The translations under genes were made by a program, and so were the position numbers. 64,000 bases of DNA, taken from the human T2T-CHM13v2.0 reference genome, Homo sapiens. Below the pieces are notes generated by a model. It saw only the letters and a program-made list of their open reading frames with translations, was not told the origin of the DNA and made no database searches. Shown here in pieces: positions 1-14,006 of the stretch. Position 1 is the stretch's first letter. Each line of letters starts with the position of its first letter. The stretch lies in the NCBI RefSeq assembly GCF_009914755.1, contig NC_060933.1; one strand, 5' to 3'.

Positions 1-3000
1 GAATGGAATGGAATGGAATGGAAGGGAATGGAATGGAATGGAATTAACCTGAACAGATTGGAATGGAATGGAATGGAACGGAATGGAATGGAATGGAATG
101 GAATGGAATGGAATGCAATGCAATGGGATCAACCCGAGAGCAGGGGAATGGAATGGAATGGAATGCAATGGAATGGAATCAATCAACACGAGTGCAATAG
201 AATGCAGTGGAATGGAATGGAATGGAATGGAAAGTACCCGAATGGAAAGGAATGTAATGGAGTGTAAGGGAATTAAAAAGAATCAATCCGAATGTAATGG
301 AATGGAATGGAACGGAATGGAATGGAATGGAATGGAATGGAATGGAATGAAATGGAATGGCATGGAATGGAATGGAATCAACCCGAGTTCAATGGATTGG
401 AATCAAATGGAATGGAATGGAATGGAATGGATTCAACCCGAATGGAATGGAAAGGAATGGGATCAACCAGAGTGAAATGGAATGGAATCGAAAGGAATGG
501 AATGGAATGGAATGGTTTCAACCCGAATGGAATGGAAAGGAATGGAATCAACCCGAGTGGAATGGAATGGAATGGAATGGAATGGAATGGAATGGGTTCA
601 ACTCGAATGGAATGGAAAGGAATGGAATCAACCCGAGTGGAATGGCATGGAATGGAATGGAATGGAATGGAGTGGAATGGAAGGGAATGGAATGGAATGG
701 AATTAACCTGAACAGAATGGAAGGGAATGGAATGGAACGGAACGGAATGGAATGGAATGGAATGGAATGGAATGGAATGCAATGGAATGGGATCAACCAG
801 AGTACAGGGGAATGGAATGCAATGGAATGCAATGGAATGGAATCAAACGGAATGGAATGGAATGGAATGGAATGCAATGGAATGGAATCAATCAACCCGA
901 GTGCAATAGAATGCAGTGGAATGGAATGGAATGGTATGGAAACTACCCGAATGGAATAGAATGTAATGGAGTGTAAGGGAATTAAAAAGAATCAATCCGA
1001 ATGTAATGGAATTGAATGGAACGGAATGGAATGGAATGGAATGGAATGGAATGGAATGGAATTAACCCGAATAGAATGGAATGGAATGGAATGGAATGGA
1101 ATGGAATGGAAGTAAATGAATGGAATGTAATGAACCCGAGTGCAGGGGAATGGAATGGAATGGAATGCAATGGAATGGAGTCATCCGGAATGGAACAGAA
1201 AGGAATGGAATGGAATCAACCCGTGTGCAGTGGAATGGAAAGGAATGGAATGGAATGGAATGGAATGGAATGGAATGGAATGGATTCAACCCGAATGGAA
1301 TGGAAAGGAAGGGAATTAACCCAAGTGGAATGGCATGGAATGGAATGGAATGGAATGGAATATAATGGAATGGAATGGTACCGAGTAGAATGGAATGGAA
1401 CGAAATGGAATAGAATGGAATGGAATGGAATGCAATCAACCCGAGTGCAATGGAATGGAGTGGAATGGAATGGAATGACATGGAAACAACCCGAATGGAA
1501 TGGAATGAAATGGAGTGTAAGGGAATTGAATACAATCAATCCGAATGTAATGGAATGGAATGGAACGGAATGGAATGGAATGGAATGGAATGCAGTGGAA
1601 TGGAATCAAACCTAGTGCAATGGAATGGAATGGAATGGAAAGGAATGGAATGGAATGGAATGGATTCAACCCAAATGGAATGGAAAGCAATGGAATCAAC
1701 CCGAGTGGAATGGCATGGAATGGAATGGAATGGAATGGAATGGAATGGAATGGAATGGTACGGAATAGAATGGAATGGAACGAAATGGAATGGAATGGAA
1801 TGGAATGGAACGGAATGGAATGGAATCAACTCGATTGCAATGGAATGTAATGGAATGGAATGGAATGCAATTAACGCGAATAGAATGGAAAGGAATGGAA
1901 TGGAACGGAATGGAATGGAATGGAATCGAATGGAATCAACCTGAGTGCAGGGGAATGGAATGGAATGGAATGCAATGGAATGTAATGGAATGGAATGCAA
2001 TGGAATCAACTCGATTGCAATGGGATGGAATGGAATGGAATGGAAGGGAAAGGAATAGAATGGAATTAACCTGAACAGAATGGAATGGAATGGAATGGAA
2101 CGGAATGGAATGGAACGGAATGGAATGGAATGGAATGGAATGAACCCGTGTGCAATGGAATGGAATGGAATGGAATGGAATGGAATGGAATGGGTTCAAC
2201 TCGAATGGAATGGAAAGGAATGGAATCAACACGAGTGGAATGGCATGGAATGGAGTGGAATGGAATGGAATGGAATGGAATGGAATGAAATGTAATGGAA
2301 TGGAATGGAATGGAATCAACCCGAGTGCAGTGTAATGGAGTCGAATGGAATGGAATGGAATGGAATGGATTCAACACGAATGGAATGGAAAGGAATGGAA
2401 TAAACCCCCGTGGAATGGCATGGAATGGAGTGGAATGGAATGAAATGTAAAGGAATGGAATGGAATGGAATCAACCCGAGTGCAATGTAATGGAATCGAA
2501 TGGAATGGAATGGAATGGAATGGATTCAACCCGAATGGAATGGAAAGGAATGGAATAAATCCGAATGGAAAGGAATGGAATAAATCCGAGTGGAATGGCA
2601 TGGAATGGAGTGGAATGGAATGGAATGGAATGGAATGGAATGGTACGGAATAGAATGGAATGGAAGGAAATGGAATGGAATGGAATGGAATGGAATGGAA
2701 TGGAATGGAATGGAATGAACCCGTGTGCAATGGAATGGAATCGAATGGAATGGAATGGAATGGAATGGATTCAACTCGAATGGAATGGAAAGGAATGGAA
2801 TCAACCCGAGTGATATGGCATGGAATGGAATGGAATGGAATGGAATGGAATGGAATGGAATGGAATGGAATGGTACGGAATAGAATGGAAAGGAACGAAA
2901 TGGAATGGAATGAAATGGAATGGAATGGAATGGAATCAACCCGAGTGCAGGGGAATCGAATGGAATTGAAGGCAATGGAATGGAATCATCCGGAATGGAA

Positions 3001-3449
3001 TGGAATGGAATGGAATCAACTCGATTGCAATGGAATGGAATGGAATGGAATGGAATGGAATGGAATGGAATGGAATTAACCCGAAGAGAATGGAATGGAA
3101 TGGAATGGAAGTAAATGGAATGGAAGGTAATGAACCCGAGTGCAGGGGAATGGAATGGAATGGAATGGAATGCAATGGAATGGTGTCATCCGGAATGGAA
3201 CGGAAAGGAATGGAATGGAACCAACCCGTGTGCAATGGAATGGAAAGGAATGGAATGGAATGGAATGGAATGGAATGGATTCAACCCGAATGGAATGGAA
3301 AGGATGGGAATCAACCCAAGTGGAATGGCATGGAATGGAATGGATTTGAATGGAATGGAATGGAATGGTACCGAATAGAATGGAATGGAAGGAAATGGAA
3401 TAGAATGGAATGGAATGGAATGCAATCAACCCGAGTGCAATGGAATGGA

Positions 3450-4330
3450 GTGGAATGGAATGGAATGGAATGCAATGGAATGGAATCAACCCAAGTTCAA
3501 TTCAATGGAATGGAATGGAATGGAATGGAATGGAATGGAATGGAATGGAATGGAATTGAATGGAATGGAATGCCTTCAAATCGAATGGAATGGAAAGGAA
3601 TGGAATGAACACGAGTGGAATGGAATGGAATGGAAAGGAATGGAATGGAATGGAATGGTACGGAATAGTATGGAATGCAACGAAAGGGAATGGAATGGAA
3701 TGGAATGGAATGGAATGGAATGGAATGGAACGGAAAGGAATGGAATGGAATGGAATGGAATGGTATGGAATGGAATGGAATCAACGCGAGTGCAGGGGAA
3801 TGGAATGGAATGGAATGCAATGGAATGGAATCATCCAGAATGGAATGCAATGGAATGGAATACAAAGCAATGGAATCAACTCGATTGCAATGGAATGGAA
3901 TGGAATGGAAAGGAATACAATGGAATCAACCCGAGTGGAATGGAATGGAAAGGACTGGAATGGAGTGGAATGGAATGGAATGGAATGGAATGGAATGGAA
4001 TCAACTCGATTGGAATGGAATGGAATGGAATGGAATGGAATTAACCCGAATAGAATGGAATGGAATGGAATGGAACGGAACGGAATGGAATGGAATGGAA
4101 TGGAATGGAATGGAATGGAATCAACCCGACTGCAGGGGAATGGAATGGAATGGAATGCAATGGAATGGATTCAACTTGAATGGAATGGAAAGAATGGAAT
4201 CAACACGAGTGGAATGGCATGGATTGGAATGGAATGGAATGGAATCAACCCGAGTACAGGGGAATGGAATGGAATGGAATGCAATGGAATGGAATCATCC
4301 GTAATGGAATGGAAAGGAATGGAATGGAAT
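3450..4330 (+). repeat. Patch of distal-domain-type HSat3 inside higher-order unit copy 1
   Basis: Contains GCCTTCAAA (3572), AGGACTGGAATGGAGT (3951), CCCGACTGCAGG (~4125), CAACTTGAATGGAATGGAAAGAAT (4172) and CATCCGTAAT (4296). I otherwise saw these words only beyond 22.5 kb. Confidence 0.8.
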
Positions 4331-4910
4331 GGAAAGGAATGGAATGGAATCAACCCGAGTGCAGGGGAATGGAATGGAATGGAAGGCAATGGAATGCAAT
4401 CATCCGGAATTGAATGGAATGGAATGGAATGGAATGGAATCAACTCGATTGCAATGGAATGTAATGGAATGGAATGGAATGGAATTAACCCTAATAGAAT
4501 GGAATGGAATGGAATGGAAGGGAATGGAATGGAATGGAATTAACCGGAATAGAATGCAATGGAATGGAATGGAATGGAATGGAATGAAATGGAATCAAGT
4601 CGATTTCAATGGAATGGAATGGAATGCAATGGAATGGAATGGAATGGAATGGAATGAAATTAACCCGAATAGAATGGAATGGAATGGAATGGAATGGAAT
4701 GGAATGGAATGGAATAGAGTGGAATGGAATGGAATGGAATAGAATGGAATCCACCTGAGTGCAGGGGAATGGAATGGAATGGAATGCAATGGAATGGAAT
4801 CATACGGAATGGAATGGAATGGAATGGAATGGAATCAACCCGATTGCAATGGAATGGAGTGTAATGGAATGGAATGGAATGGAAACAACCCGAATGGAAT
4901 GGAATGGAAT

Positions 4911-5010
4911 GGAGTGTAAGGGAAGTGAATAGAATCAATACGAATGTAATGGAATGGAATGGAGTGTAAGGGAAGTGAATAGAATCAATACGAATGTAAT
5001 GGAATGGAAT
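4911..5010 (+). repeat. 50-bp tandem duplication within the higher-order unit
   Basis: GGAGTGTAAGGGAAGTGAATAGAATCAATACGAATGTAATGGAATGGAAT at 4911 and 4961. Confidence 0.9.
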
Positions 5011-8000
5011 GGAACGGAATGGAATGCAATGGAATGGAATGGAATCCAATGGAATGGGTTCAACCCGAGTGCAATGGAATGGAATCGAAAGTAATGGAAT
5101 GGAATGGAATGGATTCAACACGAATGGAATGGAAAGGAATGGAATCAACCCGAGTGGAATGGAATTTAATGGAATGGAATGGAATGGAATGCAGTGAAAT
5201 GGAATCAAACCTAGTGCAATGGAATGGAATGGAATGGAATGGAATGGATTAGATTCAACCCAAATGGAATGGAAAGTAATGGAATCAACCCGAGTGGAAT
5301 GGCATGGAATGGAGTGGAATGGCATGGAATGGAATGGAATGGAATGGAATGGAAAGGTATGGAATAGAATGGAATGGAACGGAATGGAATGGAATGGAAT
5401 GGAATGGAAAGGTACGGAATAGAATGGAATGGAACGAAATGGAATGGAATGGAATGGAATGGAATGGAATGGAATGGAATAGAATGGAATCCACCCGATT
5501 GCAGGGGAATGGAATAGAATGGAATGCAATGGAATGGAATGGAATGGATTCAACCCGAATGGAATGGAAAGGAAAGGAATAAACCCGAGTGAAATGGCAT
5601 GGAAGGGAATGGAATGGAATGCAATGGTACGGAGTAGAATGGAATGGAACGAAATGGAATGGAATGGAATGGAATGGAATGGAATTTGATTTAATGAACC
5701 CGTGAGCAATGGAATGGAATGGAATGGAATGGAATGGAATGGGTTCAACTCGAATGGAATGGAAAGGAATGGAATCAACCCGAGTGGAATGGCATGGAAT
5801 GGAATGGAATGGAATAGAATGGAATGGAATGGAATGGAATGGAATGGATTCAACCCGAATGGAATGGATTCAACCCGAATGGAATGGAAAGGAACGGAAT
5901 AAACCCGAGTGGAATGGCATGGAATGGAGTGGAATGGAATGGAATGGAAGGGAATGGTACGGAATAGAATGGAATGGAACGAAATGGAATGGAATGGAAT
6001 GGAATGGAATGGAATGGAATGGAATGAACCCGTGTGCAATTGAATGGAATCGAATGGAATGGAATGCAATGGAATGGATTCAACTAGAATGGAATGGAAA
6101 GGAATGGAATCAACCCGAGTGGAATGGCATGGCATGGAATGGAATGGAATGGAATGGAATGGAATGGAAAGGTACGGAATAGAATGGAATCCACCCGATT
6201 GCAGGGGAATGGAATTGAACGGAATGCAATGGAATGGAATGGAATGGATTCAACCCGAATGGAATGGAAAGGAATGGAATCAACCCGAGTGGAATGGCAT
6301 GGAATGGAATGGAATGGAATGGAATGGTACGGAATAGAATGGAATGGAACGAAATGGAATGGAATGGAATGGAATGGAATGGAATGGAATGGAATCAACC
6401 TGAGGGTAATGGAATGGAGTGGAATGGAATGTAATGGAAGGGAAACAACGCGAATGGAATGGAATGTAATGGAGTGTAAGGGAATTGAATACAATCAATC
6501 CGAATGTAATGGAATGGAATGGAACGGAATGGAATGGAATGGAATGGAATGGAATGGAATGAAATGGAATGGCAGGGAATGGAATGGAATCAACCCGAGT
6601 GCAAAGGAATGGAATGGAATGGAATGGAATGGAATGGAATGGAATGGATTCAACCCGAATGGAATGGAAAGGAATGTAATAAACCTGAGTGGAATGGCAT
6701 GGAATGGAATGGAATGGAATGGAATGGTACGGAATAGAATGGAATGGAACGAAATGGAATGGAATGGAATGGAATCAACCTGAGTGCAATGGAATGGAGT
6801 GGAATGGAATGTAATGGAATGGAAACAACCCGAATGGAATGGAATGTTATGGAGTGTAAGGGAATTGAATACAATCAATCCGAATGTAATGGAATGGAAT
6901 GGAACGGAATGGAATGGAATGGAATGCAGTGGAATGGAATCAAACCTAGTGCAATGGAATGGAATGGAATGGAATGGAATGGATTGTATTCAACCCAAAT
7001 GGAATGGAAAGCAATGGAATCAACCCGACTGGAATGGCATGGAATGGAATGTAATGGAATGGAATGGAATGGTACAGAATAAAATGGAATGGAACGAAAT
7101 AGAATGGAATGGAATGGAATGGAACGGAATGGAATGGAATCAACTCGATTGCAATGGAATGTAATGGAATGGAATGGAATGGAATTAACGCGAATAGAAT
7201 GGAATGGAATGTAATGGAACGGAATGGAATGGAATGGGATGGAATGGAATCAATCTGAGTGCAGGAGAATGGAATGGAATGGAATGCAATGGAATGGAAT
7301 GGAATGGAATGGAATGGAATGGAATGCAATGGAATCAACTAGATTGCAATGGGATGGAATGGAATGGAATGGAATGGAAGGGAATGGAATGGAATGGAAT
7401 TAACCTGAACAGAATGGAATGGAATGGAATGGAACGGAATGGAATGGAATGGAATGGAATGGAATGGAATGGAATGCAATGCAATGGGATCAACCCGAGA
7501 GCAGGGGAATGGAATGGAATGGAATGCAATGGAATGGAATCAATCAACACGAGTGCAATAGAATGCAGTGGAATGGAATGGAATGGAATGGAAAGTACCC
7601 GAATGGAAAGGAATGTAATGGAGTGTAAGGGAATTAAAAAGAATCAATCCGAATGTAATGGAATGGAATGGAACGGAATGGAATGGAATGGAATGGAATG
7701 GAATGGAATGAAATGGAATGGCATGGAATGGAATGGAATCAACCCGAGTTCAATGGATTGGAATCAAATGGAATGGAATGGAATGGAATGGATTCAACCC
7801 GAATGGAATGGAAAGGAATGGGATCAACCAGAGTGAAATGGAATGGAATCGAAAGGAATGGAATGGAATGGAATGGTTTCAACCCGAATGGAATGGAAAG
7901 GAATGGAATCAACCCGAGTGGAATGGAATGGAATGGAATGGAATGCAATGGAATGGAATGGGTTCAACTCGAATGGAATGGAAAGGAATGGAATCAACCC

Positions 8001-10310
8001 GAGTGGAATGGCATGGAATGGAATGGAATGGAATGGAGTGGAATGGAAGGGAATGGAATGGAATGGAATTAACCTGAACAGAATGGAAGGGAATGGAATG
8101 GAACGGAACGGAATGGAATGGAATGGAATGGAATGGAATGGAATGCAATGGAATGGGATCAACCAGAGTACAGGGGAATGGAATGCAATGGAATGCAATG
8201 GAATGGAATCAAACGGAATGGAATGGAATGGAATGGAATGCAATGGAATGGAATCAATCAACCCGAGTGCAATAGAATGCAGTGGAATGGAATGGAATGG
8301 TATGGAAACTACCCGAATGGAATAGAATGTAATGGAGTGTAAGGGAATTAAAAAGAATCAATCCGAATGTAATGGAATTGAATGGAACGGAATGGAATGG
8401 AATGGAATGGAATGGAATGGAATGGAATGGAATTAACCCGAATAGAATGGAATGGAATGGAATGGAATGGAATGGAATGGAAGTAAATGAATGGAATGTA
8501 ATGAACCCGAGTGCAGGGGAATGGAATGGAATGGAATGCAATGGAATGGAGTCATCCGGAATGGAACAGAAAGGAATGGAATGGAATCAACCCGTGTGCA
8601 GTGGAATGGAAAGGAATGGAATGGAATGGAATGGAATGGAATGGAATGGAATGGAATGGATTCAACCCGAATGGAATGGAAAGGAAGGGAATTAACCCAA
8701 GTGGAATGGCATGGAATGGAATGGAATGGAATGGAATATAATGGAATGGAATGGTACCGAGTAGAATGGAATGGAACGAAATGGAATAGAATGGAATGGA
8801 ATGGAATGCAATCAACCCGAGTGCAATGGAATGGAGTGGAATGGAATGGAATGACATGGAAACAACCCGAATGGAATGGAATGAAATGGAGTGTAAGGGA
8901 ATTGAATACAATCAATCCGAATGTAATGGAATGGAATGGAACGGAATGGAATGGAATGGAATGGAATGCAGTGGAATGGAATCAAACCTAGTGCAATGGA
9001 ATGGAATGGAATGGAAAGGAATGGAATGGAATGGAATGGATTCAACCCAAATGGAATGGAAAGCAATGGAATCAACCCGAGTGGAATGGCATGGAATGGA
9101 ATGGAATGGAATGGAATGGAATGGAATGGAATGGAATGGTACGGAATAGAATGGAATGGAACGAAATGGAATGGAATGGAATGGAATGGAACGGAATGGA
9201 ATGGAATCAACTCGATTGCAATGGAATGTAATGGAATGGAATGGAATGCAATTAACGCGAATAGAATGGAAAGGAATGGAATGGAACGGAATGGAATGGA
9301 ATGGAATCGAATGGAATCAACCTGAGTGCAGGGGAATGGAATGGAATGGAATGCAATGGAATGTAATGGAATGGAATGCAATGGAATCAACTCGATTGCA
9401 ATGGGATGGAATGGAATGGAATGGAAGGGAAAGGAATAGAATGGAATTAACCTGAACAGAATGGAATGGAATGGAATGGAACGGAATGGAATGGAACGGA
9501 ATGGAATGGAATGGAATGGAATGAACCCGTGTGCAATGGAATGGAATGGAATGGAATGGAATGGAATGGAATGGAATGGGTTCAACTCGAATGGAATGGA
9601 AAGGAATGGAATCAACACGAGTGGAATGGCATGGAATGGAGTGGAATGGAATGGAATGGAATGGAATGGAATGAAATGTAATGGAATGGAATGGAATGGA
9701 ATCAACCCGAGTGCAGTGTAATGGAGTCGAATGGAATGGAATGGAATGGAATGGATTCAACACGAATGGAATGGAAAGGAATGGAATAAACCCCCGTGGA
9801 ATGGCATGGAATGGAGTGGAATGGAATGAAATGTAAAGGAATGGAATGGAATGGAATCAACCCGAGTGCAATGTAATGGAATCGAATGGAATGGAATGGA
9901 ATGGAATGGATTCAACCCGAATGGAATGGAAAGGAATGGAATAAATCCGAATGGAAAGGAATGGAATAAATCCGAGTGGAATGGCATGGAATGGAGTGGA
10001 ATGGAATGGAATGGAATGGAATGGAATGGTACGGAATAGAATGGAATGGAAGGAAATGGAATGGAATGGAATGGAATGGAATGGAATGGAATGGAATGGA
10101 ATGAACCCGTGTGCAATGGAATGGAATCGAATGGAATGGAATGGAATGGAATGGATTCAACTCGAATGGAATGGAAAGGAATGGAATCAACCCGAGTGAT
10201 ATGGCATGGAATGGAATGGAATGGAATGGAATGGAATGGAATGGAATGGTACGGAATAGAATGGAAAGGAACGAAATGGAATGGAATGAAATGGAATGGA
10301 ATGGAATGGA

Positions 10311-11740
10311 ATCAACCCGAGTGCAGGGGAATCGAATGGAATTGAAGGCAATGGAATGGAATCATCCGGAATTGAATGGAATGGAATGGAATCAACTCGA
10401 TTGCAATGGAATGGAATGGAATGGAATGGAATGGAATGGAATGGAATGGAATGGAATTAACCCGAAGAGAATGGAATGGAATGGAATGGAAGTAAATGGA
10501 ATGGAAGGTAATGAACCCGAGTGCAGGGGAATGGAATGGAATGGAATGGAATGCAATGGAATGGTGTCATCCGGAATGGAACGGAAAGGAATGGAATGGA
10601 ACCAACCCGTGTGCAATGGAATGGAAAGGAATGGAATGGAATGGAATGGAATGGAATGGATTCAACCCGAATGGAATGGAAAGGATGGGAATCAACCCAA
10701 GTGGAATGGCATGGAATGGAATGGATTTGAATGGAATGGAATGGAATGGTACTGAATAGAATGGAATGGAAGGAAATGGAATAGAATGGAATGGAATGGA
10801 ATGCAATCAACCCGAGTGCAATGGAATCGAGTGGAATGGATTGGAATGGAATGGAAACAACCTGAATGGAATGGAATGAAATGGAGTGTAAGGGAATTGA
10901 ATACAATCAATCCGAATGTAATGGAATGGAATGGAATGGAACGGAATGGAATGGAATGGAATGGAATGGAATGCAGTGGAATGGAATCAAACCTAGTGCA
11001 ATGGAATAGAATGGAATGGAATGGAATGGAATCAACCCGAGTGCAGGGGAATGGAATGGAATTGAAGGCAATGGAATGGAATCATCCGGAATTGAATGGA
11101 ATGGAATGGAATCAACTCGATTGCAATGGAATGGAATGGAATGGAATGGAATGGAATGGAATGGAATTAACCCGAAGAGAATGGAATGGAATGGAATGGA
11201 AGTAAATGGAATGGAAGGTAATGAACCCGAGTGCAGGGGAATGGAATGGAATGGAATGGAATGCAGTGGAATGGAGTCATCCGGAATGGAACGGAAAGGA
11301 ATGGAATGGAACCAACCCGTGTGCAATGGAATGGAAAGGAATGGAATGGAATGGAATGGAATGGAATGGTTTCAACCCGAATGGAATGGAAAGGATGGGA
11401 ATCAACCCAAGTGGAATGGCATGGAATGGAATGGATTGGAATGGAATGGAATGGAATGGTACCGAATAGAATGGAATGGAAGGAAATGCAATAGAATGGA
11501 ATGGAATGGAATGCAATCAACCCGAGTGCAATGGAATGGAGTGGAATGGATTGGAATGGAATGGAAACAACCTGAATGGAATGGAATGAAATGGAGTGTA
11601 AGGGAATTGAATACAATCAATCCGAATGTAATGGAATGGAATGGAATGGAACGGAATGGAATGGAATGGAATGGAATGGAATGCAGTGGAATGGAATCAA
11701 ACCTAGTGCAATGGAATAGAATGGAATGGAATGGAATGGA
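10311..11740 (+). repeat. ~710-720 bp tandem duplication private to copy 2
   Basis: CCCGAAGAGA at 10461 and 11171, AAGGATGGGA at 10681 and 11391, ACCTAGTGCAATGGAATAGA at 10991 and 11701. CCCGAAGAGA and AAGGATGGGA occur once each in copies 1 and 3. Confidence 0.88.
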
Positions 11741-13906
11741 ATGGAATGGAATGGAATGGAATGGATTCAACCCAAATGGAATGGAAAGCAATGGAATCAA
11801 CCCGAGTGGAATGGCATGGAATGGAATGGAATGGAATGTTACGGAATACAATGCAATGGAACGAAATGGAATGGAATGGAATGGAATGGAATGGAATGGA
11901 ATGGAATGGAATCATTCCGAGTGGAATAGAAGGGAATGAATTCCAGTGGAATGGAAAGGAATGGAATCAACCAGAGTGGAATGGAAGGGAATGGAATGGA
12001 ATGGAAACTAATAAAATGGAATCAACACGAGTGGAATGGAATGGAAAGGACTTGAATGGAATGGAATGGAATGGAATGGAATGGAATGGAATGGAATCAA
12101 CTCGATTGCAATGGAATGTAAGGGAATGGAATGGAATGGAATTAACGCGAATAGAATGGAATGGAATGGAATGGAATGGAATGGAATGGAATGGAATGGA
12201 ATCAACCTGAGTGCACGGGAATGGAATGCAATGGAATGGAATGGAATGGAATGCAATGGAATCAACTAGATTGCAATGGAATGGAATGGAATGGAATGGA
12301 ATGGTATGGAATGGAATGGAATTAACCTGAACAGAATGGAATGGAATGGAATGGAATGGAATGGAACGGAATGGAATGGAATGGAATAGAATGGAATCAA
12401 CCCGAGTGCAGGGGAATGGAATGGAATGGAATGCAATGGAATGGAATCATCCGGAATGGAATCGAATGGAATGGAATGCAATGGAATGGAATCAATCAAC
12501 CCGAGTGCAATGCAATGGAGTTTAATGGAATCGAATGGAATGGAAACTACCCGAATGAAATGGAATGTAATGGAGTGTAAGGGAATTGAAAAGAATCAAT
12601 CCGAATGTAATGGAATGGAATGGAACGGAATGAAATGGAATGGCATGGAATGGAATGGAATCAACCCGAGTGCAATGGAATGGAATTGAACGGAATGGAA
12701 TGGAAAGGAATGGATTCAACCCGAATGGAATGGAAAGGAATGGAATAAACCCGAGTGGAATGGCATGGAATGGAATGAAATGGAGTGGAATGGAATGGAA
12801 TGGAATGGAATGGAATCAACCCGATTGCAATGGAATGGAGTGGAATAGAATGGAATGGAATGGAAACAACCCGAATGGAATGGAATGTAATGGAGTGTAA
12901 GGGAATGGAATAGAATCAATACGAATGTAATGGAATGGAATGGAACGGAATGGAATGCAATGGAATGGAATGCAATGCAATGGAATGGGATCAACACGAG
13001 TGTAATGGAATGGAATCGAAAGGAATGGAATGGAATGGAATGGTTTCAACCCGAATGGAATGGAAAGGAATGGAATCATCCCGAGTGGAATGGAATGGAA
13101 TGGAATGGAATGGAATGGAATGGAATGGAATGGAATGAACCCGTGTGCAATGGAATGGAATGGAATGGAATGGAATGGAATGGATTCAAGTCGAATGGAA
13201 TGGAAAGGAATGGAATCAACCCGAGTGGAATGGCATGGAATGGAATGGAATGAAATGGAATGGAATGGAACGGAATGGTACGGAATTGAACGGAATGAAA
13301 CGAAATGGAATGGAATGGAAAGGAATGGAATGGAATCAACCCGAGTGCAGGGGAATGGAATGGAATGGAAGGCAATGGAATGCAATCATCCGGAATTGAA
13401 TGGAATGGAATGGAATGGAATGGAATCAACTCGATTGCAATGGAATGTAATGGAATGGAATGGAATGGAATTAACCCTAATAGAATGGAATGGAATGGAA
13501 TGGAAGGGAATGGAATGGAATGGAATTAACCGGAATAGAATGCAATGGAATGGAATGGAATGGAATGGAATGGAATGGAATGAAATGGAATCAAGTCGAT
13601 TTCAATGGAATGGAATGGAATGCAATGGAATGGAATGGAATGGAATGGAATGAAATTAACCCGAATAGAATGGAATGGAATGGAATGGAATGGAATGGAA
13701 TGGAATGGAATAGAGTGGAATGGAATGGAATGGAATAGAATGGAATCCACCTGAGTGCAGGGGAATGGAATGGAATGGAATGCAATGGAATGGAATCATA
13801 CGGAATGGAATGGAATGGAATGGAATGGAATCAACCCGATTGCAATGGAATGGAGTATAATGGAATGGAATGGAATGGAAACAACCCGAATGGAATGGAA
13901 TGGAAT

Positions 13907-14006
13907 GGAGTGTAAGGGAAGTGAATAGAATCAATACGAATGTAATGGAATGGAATGGAGTGTAAGGGAAGTGAATAGAATCAATACGAATGTAATGGAA
14001 TGGAAT
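13907..14006 (+). repeat. Same 50-bp tandem duplication in copy 2
   Basis: The same unit occurs at 13907 and 13957, so the duplication predates amplification of the higher-order unit. Confidence 0.9.

Larger units (their letters stand above)
1..7361 (+). repeat. Higher-order repeat unit, copy 1 (~7.36 kb; start point arbitrary)
   Basis: The rare word CAACCCGAGAGCAGGGG occurs at 130, 7491 and 16357. AATTAAAAAG occurs at 271/7632/16498 and TAAACCCCCG at 2401/9787/18638. Offsets to copy 2 are 7361-7386 over the first 3.4 kb. Confidence 0.9.

Noticed and set aside
271-280. ATTAAA/AATAAA hexamers (e.g. 272, 981, 2399, 5578) as polyadenylation signals
   Set aside because: They arise from single substitutions in GGAAT-CAACC or GGAAT-TGAAA words and have no U/GU-rich downstream element or gene context.
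1141-1150. GCAGGGGAAT and GTAAGGGA words as G-quadruplex or splice-donor signals
   Set aside because: G-runs of three or more are isolated and usually more than 100 bp apart. GTAAGG matches lack any exon or polypyrimidine/acceptor context on this purine-rich strand.
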